A stretch of 64,000 bases of DNA from an uncultured beta proteobacterium (lineage in GTDB: Bacteria; Pseudomonadota; Gammaproteobacteria; Burkholderiales; SG8-41). The stretch lies in the NCBI GenBank assembly GCA_903933915.1, contig CAIZLW010000108.1:2747-66746 (forward strand), written 5' to 3'. Position numbers and translations under genes: made by a program. Positions 18,403 through 31,860 of this stretch are shown one piece after another (position 1 is the first letter of the stretch; every line of letters begins with the position of its first letter). The notes below the pieces were generated by a model, which searched no databases, was not told where the DNA came from, and saw only the letters and a program-made list of their open reading frames with translations.

Positions 18403-20106
18403 TTATTGACCCGACATCTTGATGGCCTTGCAAACCGGGAAGCCCAGCACGCCGTTATGAGCGAATACGTAGATGCTGTTGCGTCCCAGATCGCCCGTCA
18501 CCACCACCTGAAAATCCTCCGACTTCCACACCAGCGGCACCAGGCGCTGCGGATCGTCGGATTCGTGGAACATCTGCGGAATCCGTCCGGCCTGATGTTC
18601 CTCGGCCAGATTCCAGGTCGGCTTCTGCGTCCAGTCGCGGAGGATTTTTTCGAACATGTGCGCTGGCATCCGCGCCTGCCTGAACAATTCTTCGCGGAAT
18701 TTCTCCTTCGACCAACCACCTGCGGCAATGGTCTCGGCAATGATCGGAGACAGCAGCAGCAGCGGCCGCAGCGTGTCATAACCCTGTCCCACCGAAAACA
18801 TAATCTGCCAGGAATACTGACGCACGACGGCATCCGCGATATACGGCATCAACTCTTCGGGCGTGGCGCCGGATACCGAGGAGATGTGATTTCCGCCGGT
18901 ATAACGGCCAACCGACAGCGCATTGCTGCCCGCAGCGAATCCGTAATCGACACAATTCGGCGTCCAGCCGATTTTTGCAACCACATCCTCGTTTTCTGCA
19001 ACCACGACTCGCCAGGTATTGCCGAACGTAGCCTTGTCATTCTTGTGCGGCAGGAAGCCGGCAACGTTACGCAGATACAGGCGCCAGAAACGACCGACGC
19101 TGGTGTTGGCCTGAAAGCCGTCACGCATCACGCCTTGGGTATAGTTGAATCCCAATGCTTTGATGACCGGTCCGTTGAGAATAATCAGGTTGTCACCACC
19201 CGGCGTATTGCCGCTGTGTTCAACACCGTAATCGTGATCGGCCATGGCCTCGACCGCGGCCACCAGCACCGGCATGTATTCGGGACGGCATCCCGCCATC
19301 ACGCCATTGACCGCCACGCTCCACACCGTCGCCGCACGGTTGTCGGGCAGCATCACGCCCAGCACCTCATCGGCCTTGCGGTCGGTGTGGCGCAGAAACG
19401 CTTCCACCTTCTCAACCGTCGGCGGCACGATGGGCAGACCGTCGGACAGCTCATGCTTGAGGAAATACTCGTTCACTTCCTCAAACGTGCCGCTGCAGAT
19501 GACATCACGAGCGCCGGGTTCACCGCCAACGGTCGCCGCGGCAGGCATTTTGAACAAAGCATTGAGCACGCCATCCAGCGTCAGTTCGCGCACATTCTGC
19601 TGCAGCGCTTTCTTGCTTTGCAGGCCGGGATGGCCGCGCACGGGCGCCACCGCGATATTGGGATACCCCAATCCCAGCGACGCCGCCTTGGCCAGCGTCA
19701 TGAAACTCTCGCACACCAGCGTCGCTGACGGAATACCCGCCGTTTCAGCCGCCACACTGGCCCGCAACACGGCGGGCGTGCAGCTCCCTCAACAACCCAT
19801 CCCGGAGACGACGGCGTCGGCTCCGAGTTCTTTGAGCTTTTGCGGAAGATTGGCAACCACATTGCGTTCGTCGCTGCCGTGGGTGTTGCCGAACAGATCC
19901 CAGTGCAGGAATTTCACGCCGGGGAAACATTCGCGCATGCTGGCCTCGAGTTGCTCGAACACCTCGTTGCCGCGAAACACGTAATCCCAGACCCACGCTA
20001 CCGTCTTGCCTTCGAGCGTGTCCAAGCGCTTGGCCAGCGGCTTGACCTTGGCCTGACGCGGGCCGCGCGGCCACAGCGCGGCGTATTGAGAAGCTGAATC
20101 TGTCAT
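18403..20106 (-). CDS. fused UGSC-selenoprotein / partner-domain protein (567 codons; selenocysteine at codon 106 encoded by TGA 19791-19789)
   Basis: ORF-track pieces 19789..20130 and 18403..19770 are in the same frame. Read-through gives ...DAVVSGMGC-U-GSCTPAVLRASVAAETAGIPSATLVCESF.... The N-terminal ~190 residues are homologous to the 14199..14744 product and the rest to the 13147..14202 product. The ATG at 20106 has AAGGAA upstream. Confidence 0.8.
19760..19777 (-). promoter_or_regulatory. SECIS-like hairpin for the locus-2 UGA
   Basis: The mRNA reads GCCCGC-CGUGUU-GCGGGC, a 6-bp GC stem extendable by CAC/GUG across a 2-nt bulge. It begins exactly 11 nt 3-prime of the UGA, and its loop shares GUGU with the locus-1 hairpin. 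Confidence 0.6.
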
Positions 20107-20253
20107 TTGAAAATTCCTTGCGTGTTGCAAAAAATACAGGATAACGGATCAGCCAATCAGCGACCAGTCGCAGCGCACGTGTTAGCCTTGGATTTCGTCA
20201 TCAGACATCGCAATGTTCCGCGATGCGGACACCGCAAACTTCTGGAGCTGTAA

Positions 20254-21027
20254 ATGTCCGTTCAATTTTCAGACAAGACCGCAATCGTGACCGGCAGCGG
20301 TAACGGTATTGGTGCCGCGATCGCCCATCGCCTCGCTGCAGCCGGTGCCAGTGTGATGCTGGCTGACAATAACGAGGAATCCGCGCATGCCGTTTGCGCT
20401 GAAATCACCGCAGCCGGCGGTCGGGCCGCTGCCTGCAAGGTCGATATCCGCATCCCCGAAGAAGTGCAGGCGATGATCGATTACTCGCGGGAAATGTTCG
20501 GCCCCGCCAACATCCTGATCAATAACGCAGGGCTCGGATCGCAGAAACACTTTCTGGAAACGCCGCTGGCGATGCTGCATCAGATGCTGGAGGTCAACGT
20601 CGTCGGCACCTTCCTCTGCTCGCAGGCCGCCGCACACGACATGATCGAAATGGGCGGCGGACGTATCGTCAACTTTTCATCGCATTCCGGCCTGCTGGGC
20701 AGCAGCGGACGCGCCGCCTATGCCGCCGCAAAAGGCGGGATCATCGCCATGACCCGTGCAATGGCCATCGACCTGGCTCAATACAACATCACAGTAAACG
20801 CCGTGGCGCCGGGACCGATCGACGTCCAGCGCAATCGCAATCAGCACTCGGAAGAGCGTCGGGAAGCATGGCGGCAAGCCGTGCCGCTGGGTCGTTACGG
20901 CGATCCGGATGAAGTTGCGGCAGTGGCGGTTTTTCTGGCTTCCGACGATGCCAGTTATGTCAACGGACAGACCATTTCGGTGGACGGTGGCTTTACGGCT
21001 GCGGGGCTTCGCGTCAAGAATCTCTGA
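20254..21027 (+). CDS. SDR-family oxidoreductase (FabG-like)
   Basis: TGSGNGIG cofactor motif, NNAG, and the YAAAKGG catalytic YxxxK motif. Confidence 0.9.
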   Translation: MSVQFSDKTAIVTGSGNGIGAAIAHRLAAAGASVMLADNNEESAHAVCAEITAAGGRAAACKVDIRIPEEVQAMIDYSREMFGPANILINNAGLGSQKHFLETPLAMLHQMLEVNVVGTFLCSQAAAHDMIEMGGGRIVNFSSHSGLLGSSGRAAYAAAKGGIIAMTRAMAIDLAQYNITVNAVAPGPIDVQRNRNQHSEERREAWRQAVPLGRYGDPDEVAAVAVFLASDDASYVNGQTISVDGGFTAAGLRVKNL

Positions 21028-21120
21028 CGCCAGCATTCAGCTGAATCGGCCTTGTCACCCGATGGGATTCAACAATCCCGTCATTTGGCAAACACTTCTC
21101 AGGATCATCACGCCCTATGG

Positions 21121-21339
21121 CTAATCATTGTTAAAAATCAGCAGCCAGATAATGATTAACGTGGTGATACCGATCATTACATAAACAAAGCCTATCATCT
21201 CCTGCCCGCTCGGGCTCGCCCGAAAGAGAGCAAGCGTGAGTGCATTGGTCAGCACCATGATCAAAGAGACGATAACGTTTTTCTTGTTCACTTTTCCGTC
21301 CGAAGCAAGCGCCGCTGGAATGCCGCAGTGATTACTCAA
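21121..21339 (-). CDS. hypothetical small membrane protein
   Basis: A 72-aa ORF with an alternative (TTG) start and two predicted hydrophobic helices, in an AT-rich segment. It overlaps the stop of the upstream ORF. Confidence 0.3.
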   Translation of the reverse strand: MSNHCGIPAALASDGKVNKKNVIVSLIMVLTNALTLALFRASPSGQEMIGFVYVMIGITTLIIIWLLIFNND

Positions 21340-21662
21340 GCGTTGCCAACAACACCCGGGTCATGCCGGGAATGTTCGGCCGCTGCCAGCGCAGTTGTTG
21401 CCAGATCGACCGCGAGCTGGCGCCCCACCTCAAATGGAGCATGCAGCATTGCCGTGCGGACAGCCAGCGCCATGGCCAGCGCCTGCATCACGTCGCCATT
21501 GGCCGTATTGCCAAGAACCCGAAGTTCGCGGTCCAGGGTTGCCAATACTGCATCGAGCAATTGTGAGACGCGTATCGCCGACTGGGTTTCCGCATGCAAC
21601 GGAAATTCAAAGGCAATTTTCTCGCCTGTTGCCGTTTTGACTTCATAGGGAAGATGATTCAT
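21336..21662 (-). CDS. hypothetical protein (108 aa)
   Basis: The ATG at 21662 begins MNHLPYEVKTATGEKIAFEFPLHAE.... I recognise no family. It lies directly 3-prime of tRNA-Ser. Confidence 0.4.
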   Translation of the reverse strand: MNHLPYEVKTATGEKIAFEFPLHAETQSAIRVSQLLDAVLATLDRELRVLGNTANGDVMQALAMALAVRTAMLHAPFEVGRQLAVDLATTALAAAEHSRHDPGVVGNA

Positions 21663-21787
21663 GGATTCGGCGTCCTTGATGAAGACTGATATGGGCCATC
21701 GTATCAGCCAACAGTCCGGTTTGCGGAATACCTGCGTGCAGGTCCGATACAAACAAAAACGACCCCGTTAGGGGCCGTTTCATATCC

Positions 21788-21877
21788 TGGCGGAGAGGGT
21801 GGGATTCGAACCCACGATACGCTTGCGCGTATTCCGGTTTTCGAGACCGGTACATTCAACCACTCTGCCACCTCTCC
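21788..21877 (-). tRNA. tRNA-Ser (anticodon CGA)
   Basis: Hand-folded cloverleaf: acceptor GGAGAGG/CCTCTCC plus discriminator G plus CCA; anticodon stem CCGGT/ACCGG with loop CU-CGA-AA; long variable arm ATACGC-GCAA-GCGTAT; T-arm GTGGG-TTCGAAT-CCCAC. Confidence 0.92.
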
Positions 21878-21929
21878 GGAAACCTGCATTGCCTGTGGCA
21901 AGGGGGCGAATTCTACCAGCGTCAGCGCC

Positions 21930-24254
<2,325 letters not shown>

Positions 24255-24349
24255 GTTTTTTTGCGGGATTTCAGTGAAGCCCCATATGGCGTAGCCACGT
24301 GATGTCGGGACGACAATCCTGCCCGCCTCTACGGCTTTAAATAAAATAC

Positions 24350-24368
24350 TTTAAAAACAAATACTTAT
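24350..24368 (+). repeat. AT-rich 19-nt motif TTTAAAAACAAWTACYTAT, copy C
   Basis: tttaaaaacaaatacttat overlaps the rarA stop codon region, between convergent genes. Confidence 0.7.
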
Positions 24369-25672
24369 TTATTTTTATCGCGGTCGAGTGCACGCAAATG
24401 TGCGAGCTTGTCGGCGATTTTAGCTTCCAGCCCGCGATCGGTCGGCTGATAAAGATCCGCTGACGGCATGCCGTCCGGCAAATAGGTTTCCCCGGCCGCA
24501 TAGGCGCCGGGTTCATCATGGGCGTAGCGGTACTCACGCCCATAACCCAGATCCTTCATCAGCTTCGTCGGCGCATTGCGCAAGTGTTCCGGTACCGGAC
24601 GCGACTGATCGCTGCGCACCAGTTCACGCGCACGGTTGTACGCGACGTAAGACGCATTGCTCTTCGGCGCCACCGCCAGATACAGCGCAGCCTGCGCCAG
24701 AGCCAGTTCGCCTTCCGGCGTGCCGAGGCGCTCGTAAGTCTCGCAGGCGTCCAGCGCCACGCGCAATGCACGCGGATCTGCGAGGCCGATGTCTTCAACG
24801 GCCATACGGATCAGGCGTCGCCCCATGTACAGCGGATCGGCGCCGCCATCGAGCATGCGCGTCAGCCAGTACAGCGCGGCATCGGGCGCCGAACCGCGCA
24901 CCGACTTATGCAGCGCCGAGATCTGGTCATAAAACGCATCGCCGCCCTTGTCGAAACGGCGCAGGCTTTGCGTCAGCGTCTGTTTGACAAAATCGTCATC
25001 GACGTCGGTGCGTTTGGTTTGCTCAGCGGCCGTGGCGATCTGCTCCACCATATTGAGCAAGCGGCGCGCATCGCCATCGGCGTAGGCCACCAGACTGTCG
25101 CGAGCGGAATCCGATAAAGTAAATAAAAACAATGACTTGGATGCGCCCCGCGTAACCAGTTCAGCGAGATCCGCCGCCGTCAGCGGTTGCAGCACGTACA
25201 CCGCCGCCCGTGACAACAGCGCGCCATTCACTTCGAACGAGGGGTTTTCGGTGGTCGCGCCGATAAACGTGATCAGCCCCTGCTCGACAAACGGCAGAAA
25301 GGCATCCTGCTGCGACTTGTTGAAGCGATGCACCTCATCGACAAACAGGATCGTGCGCCGGCCGGACTGCTGCAGTACGATTTCCGCGCGCGCTACGGCT
25401 TCGCGGATTTCCTTGACCCCCGCAAGCACTGCGGAGATGGCAATGAATTCGGCTTCAAATGCCTGGGCCATCAAGCGCGCCAGCGTAGTCTTGCCCACGC
25501 CCGGCGGTCCCCACAGGATCATCGAATGCGGTTTACCGGCTTCGAACGCCAGCCGCAACGGCTTGCCGGGCCCCAGCAGGTGTTGCTGACCGACAACTTC
25601 ATCCAGCGTGCGCGGTCGCAGGCGCTCGGCCAGCGGCGCATCAGGCTCGCGTTTGGCGAACAGGTCGCTCAC
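24365..25672 (-). CDS. rarA: replication-associated recombination protein A (AAA+ ATPase)
   Basis: Contains PLAERLRPRTLDEVVGQQHLLG, Walker A GPPGVGKTT, DEVHRFNK and the MgsA C-terminal domain. Confidence 0.92.
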   Translation of the reverse strand: MSDLFAKREPDAPLAERLRPRTLDEVVGQQHLLGPGKPLRLAFEAGKPHSMILWGPPGVGKTTLARLMAQAFEAEFIAISAVLAGVKEIREAVARAEIVLQQSGRRTILFVDEVHRFNKSQQDAFLPFVEQGLITFIGATTENPSFEVNGALLSRAAVYVLQPLTAADLAELVTRGASKSLFLFTLSDSARDSLVAYADGDARRLLNMVEQIATAAEQTKRTDVDDDFVKQTLTQSLRRFDKGGDAFYDQISALHKSVRGSAPDAALYWLTRMLDGGADPLYMGRRLIRMAVEDIGLADPRALRVALDACETYERLGTPEGELALAQAALYLAVAPKSNASYVAYNRARELVRSDQSRPVPEHLRNAPTKLMKDLGYGREYRYAHDEPGAYAAGETYLPDGMPSADLYQPTDRGLEAKIADKLAHLRALDRDKNK

Positions 25673-25688
25673 CGGGTATCAACCTGAC

Positions 25689-26297
25689 TCATTCGGAAAT
25701 CACATCGGCGCCCTTGGGCGGCGTAAAACGGAACACGTCGGCGGCCAGTCGCGGATTGCGCTCGACATCGGCAAAGGTAATCACGGTGACCTGGCCGAAC
25801 TGGTCACGAAGTTCCATCGCCTCCAGGCCTGACTTGCCGAAGCCCATGCGTACGCGCTCGAACACCGTGTCACGGTTTTTGGGAATAGCCTCCAGCCAGT
25901 CCAGCCCCTTGTCCATGCCGAGATTGGTCAGCTTGTAGTCCCGCTCCAGGTCATTGCTGCCGGAGAGCAGGGCGGCAGGACTGGCGCCCAGCGCACCGTC
26001 CAGTTTGCGCACCGTGACCTGATTGAGATCCTTGTCGTAGATCCACAGCCGGGTGCCGTCGCCGACAATGACCTGTTCATAGGGTTTGAGGTAATCCCAA
26101 CGGAACTTTCCAGGCCGCGAAAACTGCATCACGCCCTGCGCCTGCTGCAGCGGCTTCAGATTTTTATCGAGTACCATTTGCGCGAAGCGGGCTTTGACCG
26201 TCTGCGTCTGGGTCAGAAAAACCTTCAACGCATCGGTCGCTGCAGCAGAAACCGCCAGCGGCATCAGGAACATCAGAAATAACAGGATTCGCATCAC
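25689..26297 (-). CDS. lolA: outer-membrane lipoprotein chaperone LolA
   Basis: It has a signal peptide, FxQ...... G.....PGKFRW.Y..P..Q..V.DG...W.YD..L.Q, and the conserved position downstream of ftsK. Confidence 0.88.
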   Translation of the reverse strand: MMRILLFLMFLMPLAVSAAATDALKVFLTQTQTVKARFAQMVLDKNLKPLQQAQGVMQFSRPGKFRWDYLKPYEQVIVGDGTRLWIYDKDLNQVTVRKLDGALGASPAALLSGSNDLERDYKLTNLGMDKGLDWLEAIPKNRDTVFERVRMGFGKSGLEAMELRDQFGQVTVITFADVERNPRLAADVFRFTPPKGADVISE

Positions 26298-26584
26298 TGG
26301 CTCCGGCGCATGCGCTCGATATTGACGATCCGCCCTGAACGCAGCGTAATCGTTGTCAGGTGGGGATTGGCCGAAGTCGGATAGTAATAAAACGTCTTCA
26401 GGCCTTCACGGATATTGTCGTTGGAACGGTGGTCGGGTTTGCCCGCACGCAACAGCAGATCGCCCTCGGTCATGCCGTGCTCCAGCCGGATATAGACTTC
26501 GAAGGCCATGCCGCGCGACGGCTCTTCAGCCGCTTCGACGACCGGCACCAAAAACAGCAGACATAACAAAATACGGATAGTCAT
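26294..26584 (-). CDS. hypothetical exported small protein
   Basis: 96 aa with a signal peptide. It has a 4-nt overlap with the lolA start. I recognise no family. Confidence 0.45.
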   Translation of the reverse strand: MTIRILLCLLFLVPVVEAAEEPSRGMAFEVYIRLEHGMTEGDLLLRAGKPDHRSNDNIREGLKTFYYYPTSANPHLTTITLRSGRIVNIERMRRSQ

Positions 26585-26640
26585 GGAGAGTCAGATCACG
26601 CCCGGGGCAAAAAGTTTGGCCCTGCGCGTGAAATCAGCGC

Positions 26641-28941
26641 TCAGTCCGCATCCGAGGCGGAAGCCGGCGCCAGGACTTCGCGGTTGCCATTGGACTGCAT
26701 CGTCGACACCAGACCGGCCCGCTCCATCTGCTCAATCAACCGCGCCGCACGGTTATAACCGATGCGAAGATGTCGTTGCACCAGCGAAATCGACGGCCGG
26801 CGCGTCTTGAGCACGATCGCCACAGCCTGGTCATAAAGCGGATCGGCCTCGACGTCACCGCCCTCGGCGCCATCAACACCACTGTCAGTGGCGGCATCGG
26901 GACTCTCCAGCACCTCATCAATGTACTGTGGCTTGGCAAGACTCTTCAGATGCTCGACGACCTTGTGCACCTCCTGATCGTCGACAAACGCACCATGTAT
27001 TCGCTGCGGAAAACCATGACCCGGCGGCAGGAACAGCATGTCGCCCTGCCCCAGCAACGCCTCGGCCCCGCCCTGGTCAAGAATCGTACGCGAATCGACC
27101 TTTGCCGAAACCTGGAATGCAATCCGCGTCGGGATGTTGGCCTTGATCAAGCCGGTGATGACATCCACCGAAGGCCGTTGCGTGGCGAGGATCAGGTGAA
27201 TGCCGGCGGCACGCGCCTTCTGCGCGAGGCGCGCAATCAGTTCTTCGACCTTCTTGCCCACCACCATCATCAGGTCGGCCAACTCGTCGATGACCACCAC
27301 GATCAATGACATCTCCAGCAACGGCACCGGGTTATCCGGCGTCGAGGCAATCGGATTATTTAGCGGTGCTTTTTTCTTGATCGCGTCGCGCACCTTCTGA
27401 TTGAAGCCGGCCATGTTGCGCACGCCCAGCGCCGACATCAGTTTGTAGCGGCGCTCCATCTCGCCCACGCACCAGTTGAGCGCGTTCGCCGCATGCCGCA
27501 TGTCAGTCACCACCGGCGCCAGCAAATGCGGTATGCCCTCGTAGACCGAAAGCTCAAGCATCTTCGGATCAACCAGAATCAATCGTACCTGCGACGGCGG
27601 CGCCTTGTAGAGCAACGACAGGATCATCGCGTTGATCGCCACCGATTTGCCGGAACCCGTGGTGCCGGCAACCAGCAGGTGCGGCATGCGGGCCAGGTCC
27701 GCGACAATCGGGTTGCCGGCAATGTCCTTGCCCAGCGCCATGGTCAGCGGCGAAATCATGTCGGCATAAACCTGGGAGCTGAGAATCTCAGACAGGCGAA
27801 CCATCTGCCGCTTGGGATTGGGGATCTCGAGGCCCATGCAGCTCTTGCCGGGTATGGTCTCAACGACACGAATGCTCAGCACCGACAATGCCCGCGCCAA
27901 GTCACGAACCAGATTGATGATCTGGCTGCCTTTGACACCGACCGCAGGTTCGATTTCATAACGGGTCACCACCGGCCCCGGATAAGCTGCAAGCACTTTC
28001 ACCTCGACACCAAAGTCGAGCAGCTTTTTTTCGATCAGGCGCGACGTGAACTCCAGCGTATCGGCCGACACGGTCTCCACATTTTCGTCTGCCGGGTCCA
28101 GCAGATTGAGCGGTGGCAACAGGCTGTCGGGGAGTTCCTCGAACAGCGGTACCTGTTTTTCTTTCTGAACACGCACTGATTTCGGAATTTCGACACGCGG
28201 CGGTTCGATACGTACCGGCTCATGCGCCTCGATTTTTTTCTTGTTGTCTTCGACGGCATCCTTGCGCGCGACAACAGCCACCTCACCAGCCTTGCGATCC
28301 TCGCGTTCCTGCAGCTTGGCGATCACAAAATCGTAAAAGCGTTCGGACCAGCCGCCGACGCGCTCAATGACGGCAAGCCAGGAAGTGCCTGTGAACAGGC
28401 TGAGGCCCGCTGCGAACAGCGCCAGCAGCAGCAGCGTCGCCCCTGTAAAACCGGCCAGACTGGCCAGTCCGTTTCCGACAACGGCACCCAAGGCACCGCC
28501 CGGCGCACCGGGTAGCGCGGCTTTCAGGCTGTAAAGTCGCAGCGATTCCAGCCCGCAACTGGACACCAGCAACACCACAAATCCAACCAGTGCCACCGCA
28601 TAAGAGCGACGGTCGGTGTCCAGTATGGTTTCGATGCGCCGGAATCCCCAAAGCACCAGGGCGCCGCAGACCACAACCCACCAGTAGGCGGAAACCCCGA
28701 ATACGAACAGCATCAGGTCGGCGAGATAGGCACCGACAACGCCGCCGGCATTCTCGATGCGCTCCGGAACAACACTGTGTGACCAGCCCGGATCCCTCTT
28801 GTGGAACGTAAAAAGAACCAGCAGCAGATAAAGGGCAACGGCAAGAAACGCCAGCCACCACGACTCCCTGACCAACGCGGCAATCTTGGGCGGCAAGGGA
28901 TTGCGCGCCACCTTGGTATCAAGTGTTTTGTCGGCCGGCAT
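26641..28941 (-). CDS. ftsK: DNA translocase FtsK
   Basis: N-terminal TM helices, a linker, a motor domain with [14 protein letters not shown] and a C-terminal gamma winged-helix ([21 protein letters not shown]). Confidence 0.95.
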   Translation of the reverse strand: MPADKTLDTKVARNPLPPKIAALVRESWWLAFLAVALYLLLVLFTFHKRDPGWSHSVVPERIENAGGVVGAYLADLMLFVFGVSAYWWVVVCGALVLWGFRRIETILDTDRRSYAVALVGFVVLLVSSCGLESLRLYSLKAALPGAPGGALGAVVGNGLASLAGFTGATLLLLALFAAGLSLFTGTSWLAVIERVGGWSERFYDFVIAKLQEREDRKAGEVAVVARKDAVEDNKKKIEAHEPVRIEPPRVEIPKSVRVQKEKQVPLFEELPDSLLPPLNLLDPADENVETVSADTLEFTSRLIEKKLLDFGVEVKVLAAYPGPVVTRYEIEPAVGVKGSQIINLVRDLARALSVLSIRVVETIPGKSCMGLEIPNPKRQMVRLSEILSSQVYADMISPLTMALGKDIAGNPIVADLARMPHLLVAGTTGSGKSVAINAMILSLLYKAPPSQVRLILVDPKMLELSVYEGIPHLLAPVVTDMRHAANALNWCVGEMERRYKLMSALGVRNMAGFNQKVRDAIKKKAPLNNPIASTPDNPVPLLEMSLIVVVIDELADLMMVVGKKVEELIARLAQKARAAGIHLILATQRPSVDVITGLIKANIPTRIAFQVSAKVDSRTILDQGGAEALLGQGDMLFLPPGHGFPQRIHGAFVDDQEVHKVVEHLKSLAKPQYIDEVLESPDAATDSGVDGAEGGDVEADPLYDQAVAIVLKTRRPSISLVQRHLRIGYNRAARLIEQMERAGLVSTMQSNGNREVLAPASASDAD

Positions 28942-29035
28942 CAGGTTCGGTGGTCAATGGCATCAAATTGGATTAACCCGATGATTATAAGTGAAAAACC
29001 CTGCGCACCCGAAGAGTGGCGCGAATCCGTCCGTC

Positions 29036-29066
29036 ATCAAAAACAAACCCCGCCGGAGCGGGGTTT
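29036..29066 (-). terminator. rho-independent terminator
   Basis: On the minus strand, AAACCCCGC-TCCG-GCGGGGTTT is followed by TTTGTTTTTG, just 3-prime of the 29091..29795 gene. Confidence 0.7.
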
Positions 29067-29090
29067 GAGAAAGCACGTGAGCGCTCCGGA

Positions 29091-29795
29091 TTATTTGACC
29101 ATGCACTCCTGGCTTGTTGATCCGCCGCGGATTGCACCGCCACCGACGCCGAGGGTGAAAGGCAACTGGCTCAAATTCAGGCCCGGATCGCCGGGCAGCA
29201 GCACCGGGGGCCTCTTGGGATCCTGGGCAAAGCCAAACTGGCCTTCGCCGATCAATTGGGCGCCGCCCTGGTTCTGCATGATGTAGCTGCCAGAAAATGT
29301 CGTGTGATAAGTACCGGGCTGAAGATTCCCGCAATTGCTTTCACAGTGGTGACTTTCGCCAGTGGAGCCACGGATGCCGATCGTTGCGGTCGAAGTGCCG
29401 ATTTTGTAAACATCCTGGTCTCCGCGCTTACCGATCAGGCCGGTCACCGTGCGCAAACCGCCCTTGAGCAGACGCATGAACATCGCGTCGCCCTGCGGTT
29501 TTTCCTGGGTAAAAGAATAGGATTCCAGTTTCATCGTCGTGTTCGGACGCATGGTGGCTGCGCTGCCGTCGGTGAAATTGATCTGGGCGTAGCTGTCGCG
29601 CTGCGTGGTCAGGACGTCACCGGGCTGGACCTCGGATTTCTGCGACAGGATACGCACAGAACCGTCTAGTCGCTGCACAGACATCGTGCCGCTCAAATGG
29701 GTGATGACGCCGGCTCCAGCCGCAAACGCGGATGCAGCGACCAAGGTCAGCGCAAACGACGCAACAACCTTTAAAACCCCCTGGATCGTATACAT
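29091..29795 (-). CDS. FecR-domain exported protein
   Basis: The ATG at 29795 has an AGGGAGA SD. It has a signal peptide, then G.....G...V.R.DGS...L.....V..GD.L.T...S.A...F.DGS....RPNT. Confidence 0.6.
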   Translation of the reverse strand: MYTIQGVLKVVASFALTLVAASAFAAGAGVITHLSGTMSVQRLDGSVRILSQKSEVQPGDVLTTQRDSYAQINFTDGSAATMRPNTTMKLESYSFTQEKPQGDAMFMRLLKGGLRTVTGLIGKRGDQDVYKIGTSTATIGIRGSTGESHHCESNCGNLQPGTYHTTFSGSYIMQNQGGAQLIGEGQFGFAQDPKRPPVLLPGDPGLNLSQLPFTLGVGGGAIRGGSTSQECMVK

Positions 29796-29987
29796 GTCCC
29801 TATCTCCCTTTGGCGCACTCCCGGCACCACTCGGATAACCGAACGCAATCGTCCGGAATAGCTTATTTTTATACCATAAAGACCAGTCGCCACCAGGAAC
29901 AGTGCCACAACTGTTTGAATCAAATGTGAAAAAAATCACGTTATGCGCGTAATCCCGCGATTTTAACGGGACTCAACCCGCCGGCCT

Positions 29988-30674
29988 TCAGACGGAACCG
30001 CGGTGCGCCATCGACTGGCGGTCAAGGACGATAATCTTGCGTTTGTCAGTCCGGATCAGGTTTTTTTCCTGCAGATCCTTGATCACCCGGCTGACCATTT
30101 CCCGGGAAGCGCCGATCATGCGGGCGATTTCCTGCTTGGCCGGCGCCCGCGGCACGACCCACGAACCGTCGGTCAGTTCCGCCATATCGATAATCAACCG
30201 GGCCACGCGACCATAAACGTCGATCAAAGCCAAACTCTCGATCTTGCGGTCGGCGTCGCGCAACCGTTTGACGAGGTTTTTGAGTACCAGCATGGCTACT
30301 TCGCTATGGCTTTCCATGCAGGACAGAAACGCTGTGCGGGGAACACGCAGCATCTCGCAGGGCTCCAGCGTTTCGACGGTTGCCGAACTGGGCAAATCGT
30401 CCAGCAACCCCATCTCTCCAACGTAATCCTGCGAGCCGAGCATGGTCAGGATGACTTCCCGCCCCTCCTCATCGGGAATCAGCACCTTAACGCGGCCGGA
30501 CAGAATGATGTAAAGCGCGTCCGTCTCTTCCCCCGCCCTGAGAATCAGGGAGCCGCGTGGATAGCTGCGATGCTGCACGCAAGATGCCAGCGTTGCAATC
30601 TGCTGATCCGAAAAAGACGAAAGCAGCGGAACAGTTTTAAGGATTTGGGGGTTGGGAATAATGGGCGGTGGCAT
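29988..30674 (-). CDS. Crp/Fnr-family transcriptional regulator (cNMP-binding domain plus HTH)
   Basis: The cNMP-binding beta-roll (GE.ALL......RSATV-like: GEMGLLDDLPSSATVE) and a C-terminal HTH (QEIARMIGASREMVSRVIKDL). There is no N-terminal Cys cluster, so it is not a classical FNR. Confidence 0.8.
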   Translation of the reverse strand: MPPPIIPNPQILKTVPLLSSFSDQQIATLASCVQHRSYPRGSLILRAGEETDALYIILSGRVKVLIPDEEGREVILTMLGSQDYVGEMGLLDDLPSSATVETLEPCEMLRVPRTAFLSCMESHSEVAMLVLKNLVKRLRDADRKIESLALIDVYGRVARLIIDMAELTDGSWVVPRAPAKQEIARMIGASREMVSRVIKDLQEKNLIRTDKRKIIVLDRQSMAHRGSV

Positions 30675-30834
30675 TTTGATTTGTCAAAATCCGTCGGCTT
30701 TTTCAGTATGGCGAATTACCATCTCGTAGAAAGATGATGGTGCCAGATTACGCGGCAATAGTCATGTCCTGCCGCTTTGCGTTTATAGACCCGGCCGGCA
30801 ACGCTTAATCGCGGGAGCGGCCCCAACCTGCTAA

Positions 30835-31842
<1,008 letters not shown>

Positions 31843-31860
31843 ACCCAGGCCTGATACTCA

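Noticed and set aside
21062-21073. A direct repeat of the tRNA-Ser T-arm as an attR marking a genomic islet.
   Set aside because: The match is only about 11 nt with a gap, and it forms a different hairpin. That is too short to distinguish from chance without a genome comparison.
30676-30690. An FNR/CRP-type box (TTGATttgtCAAAA) next to the Crp/Fnr-family gene start.
   Set aside because: Only one half-site matches TTGAT-N4-ATCAA, and it sits essentially at the start codon. The evidence is insufficient.
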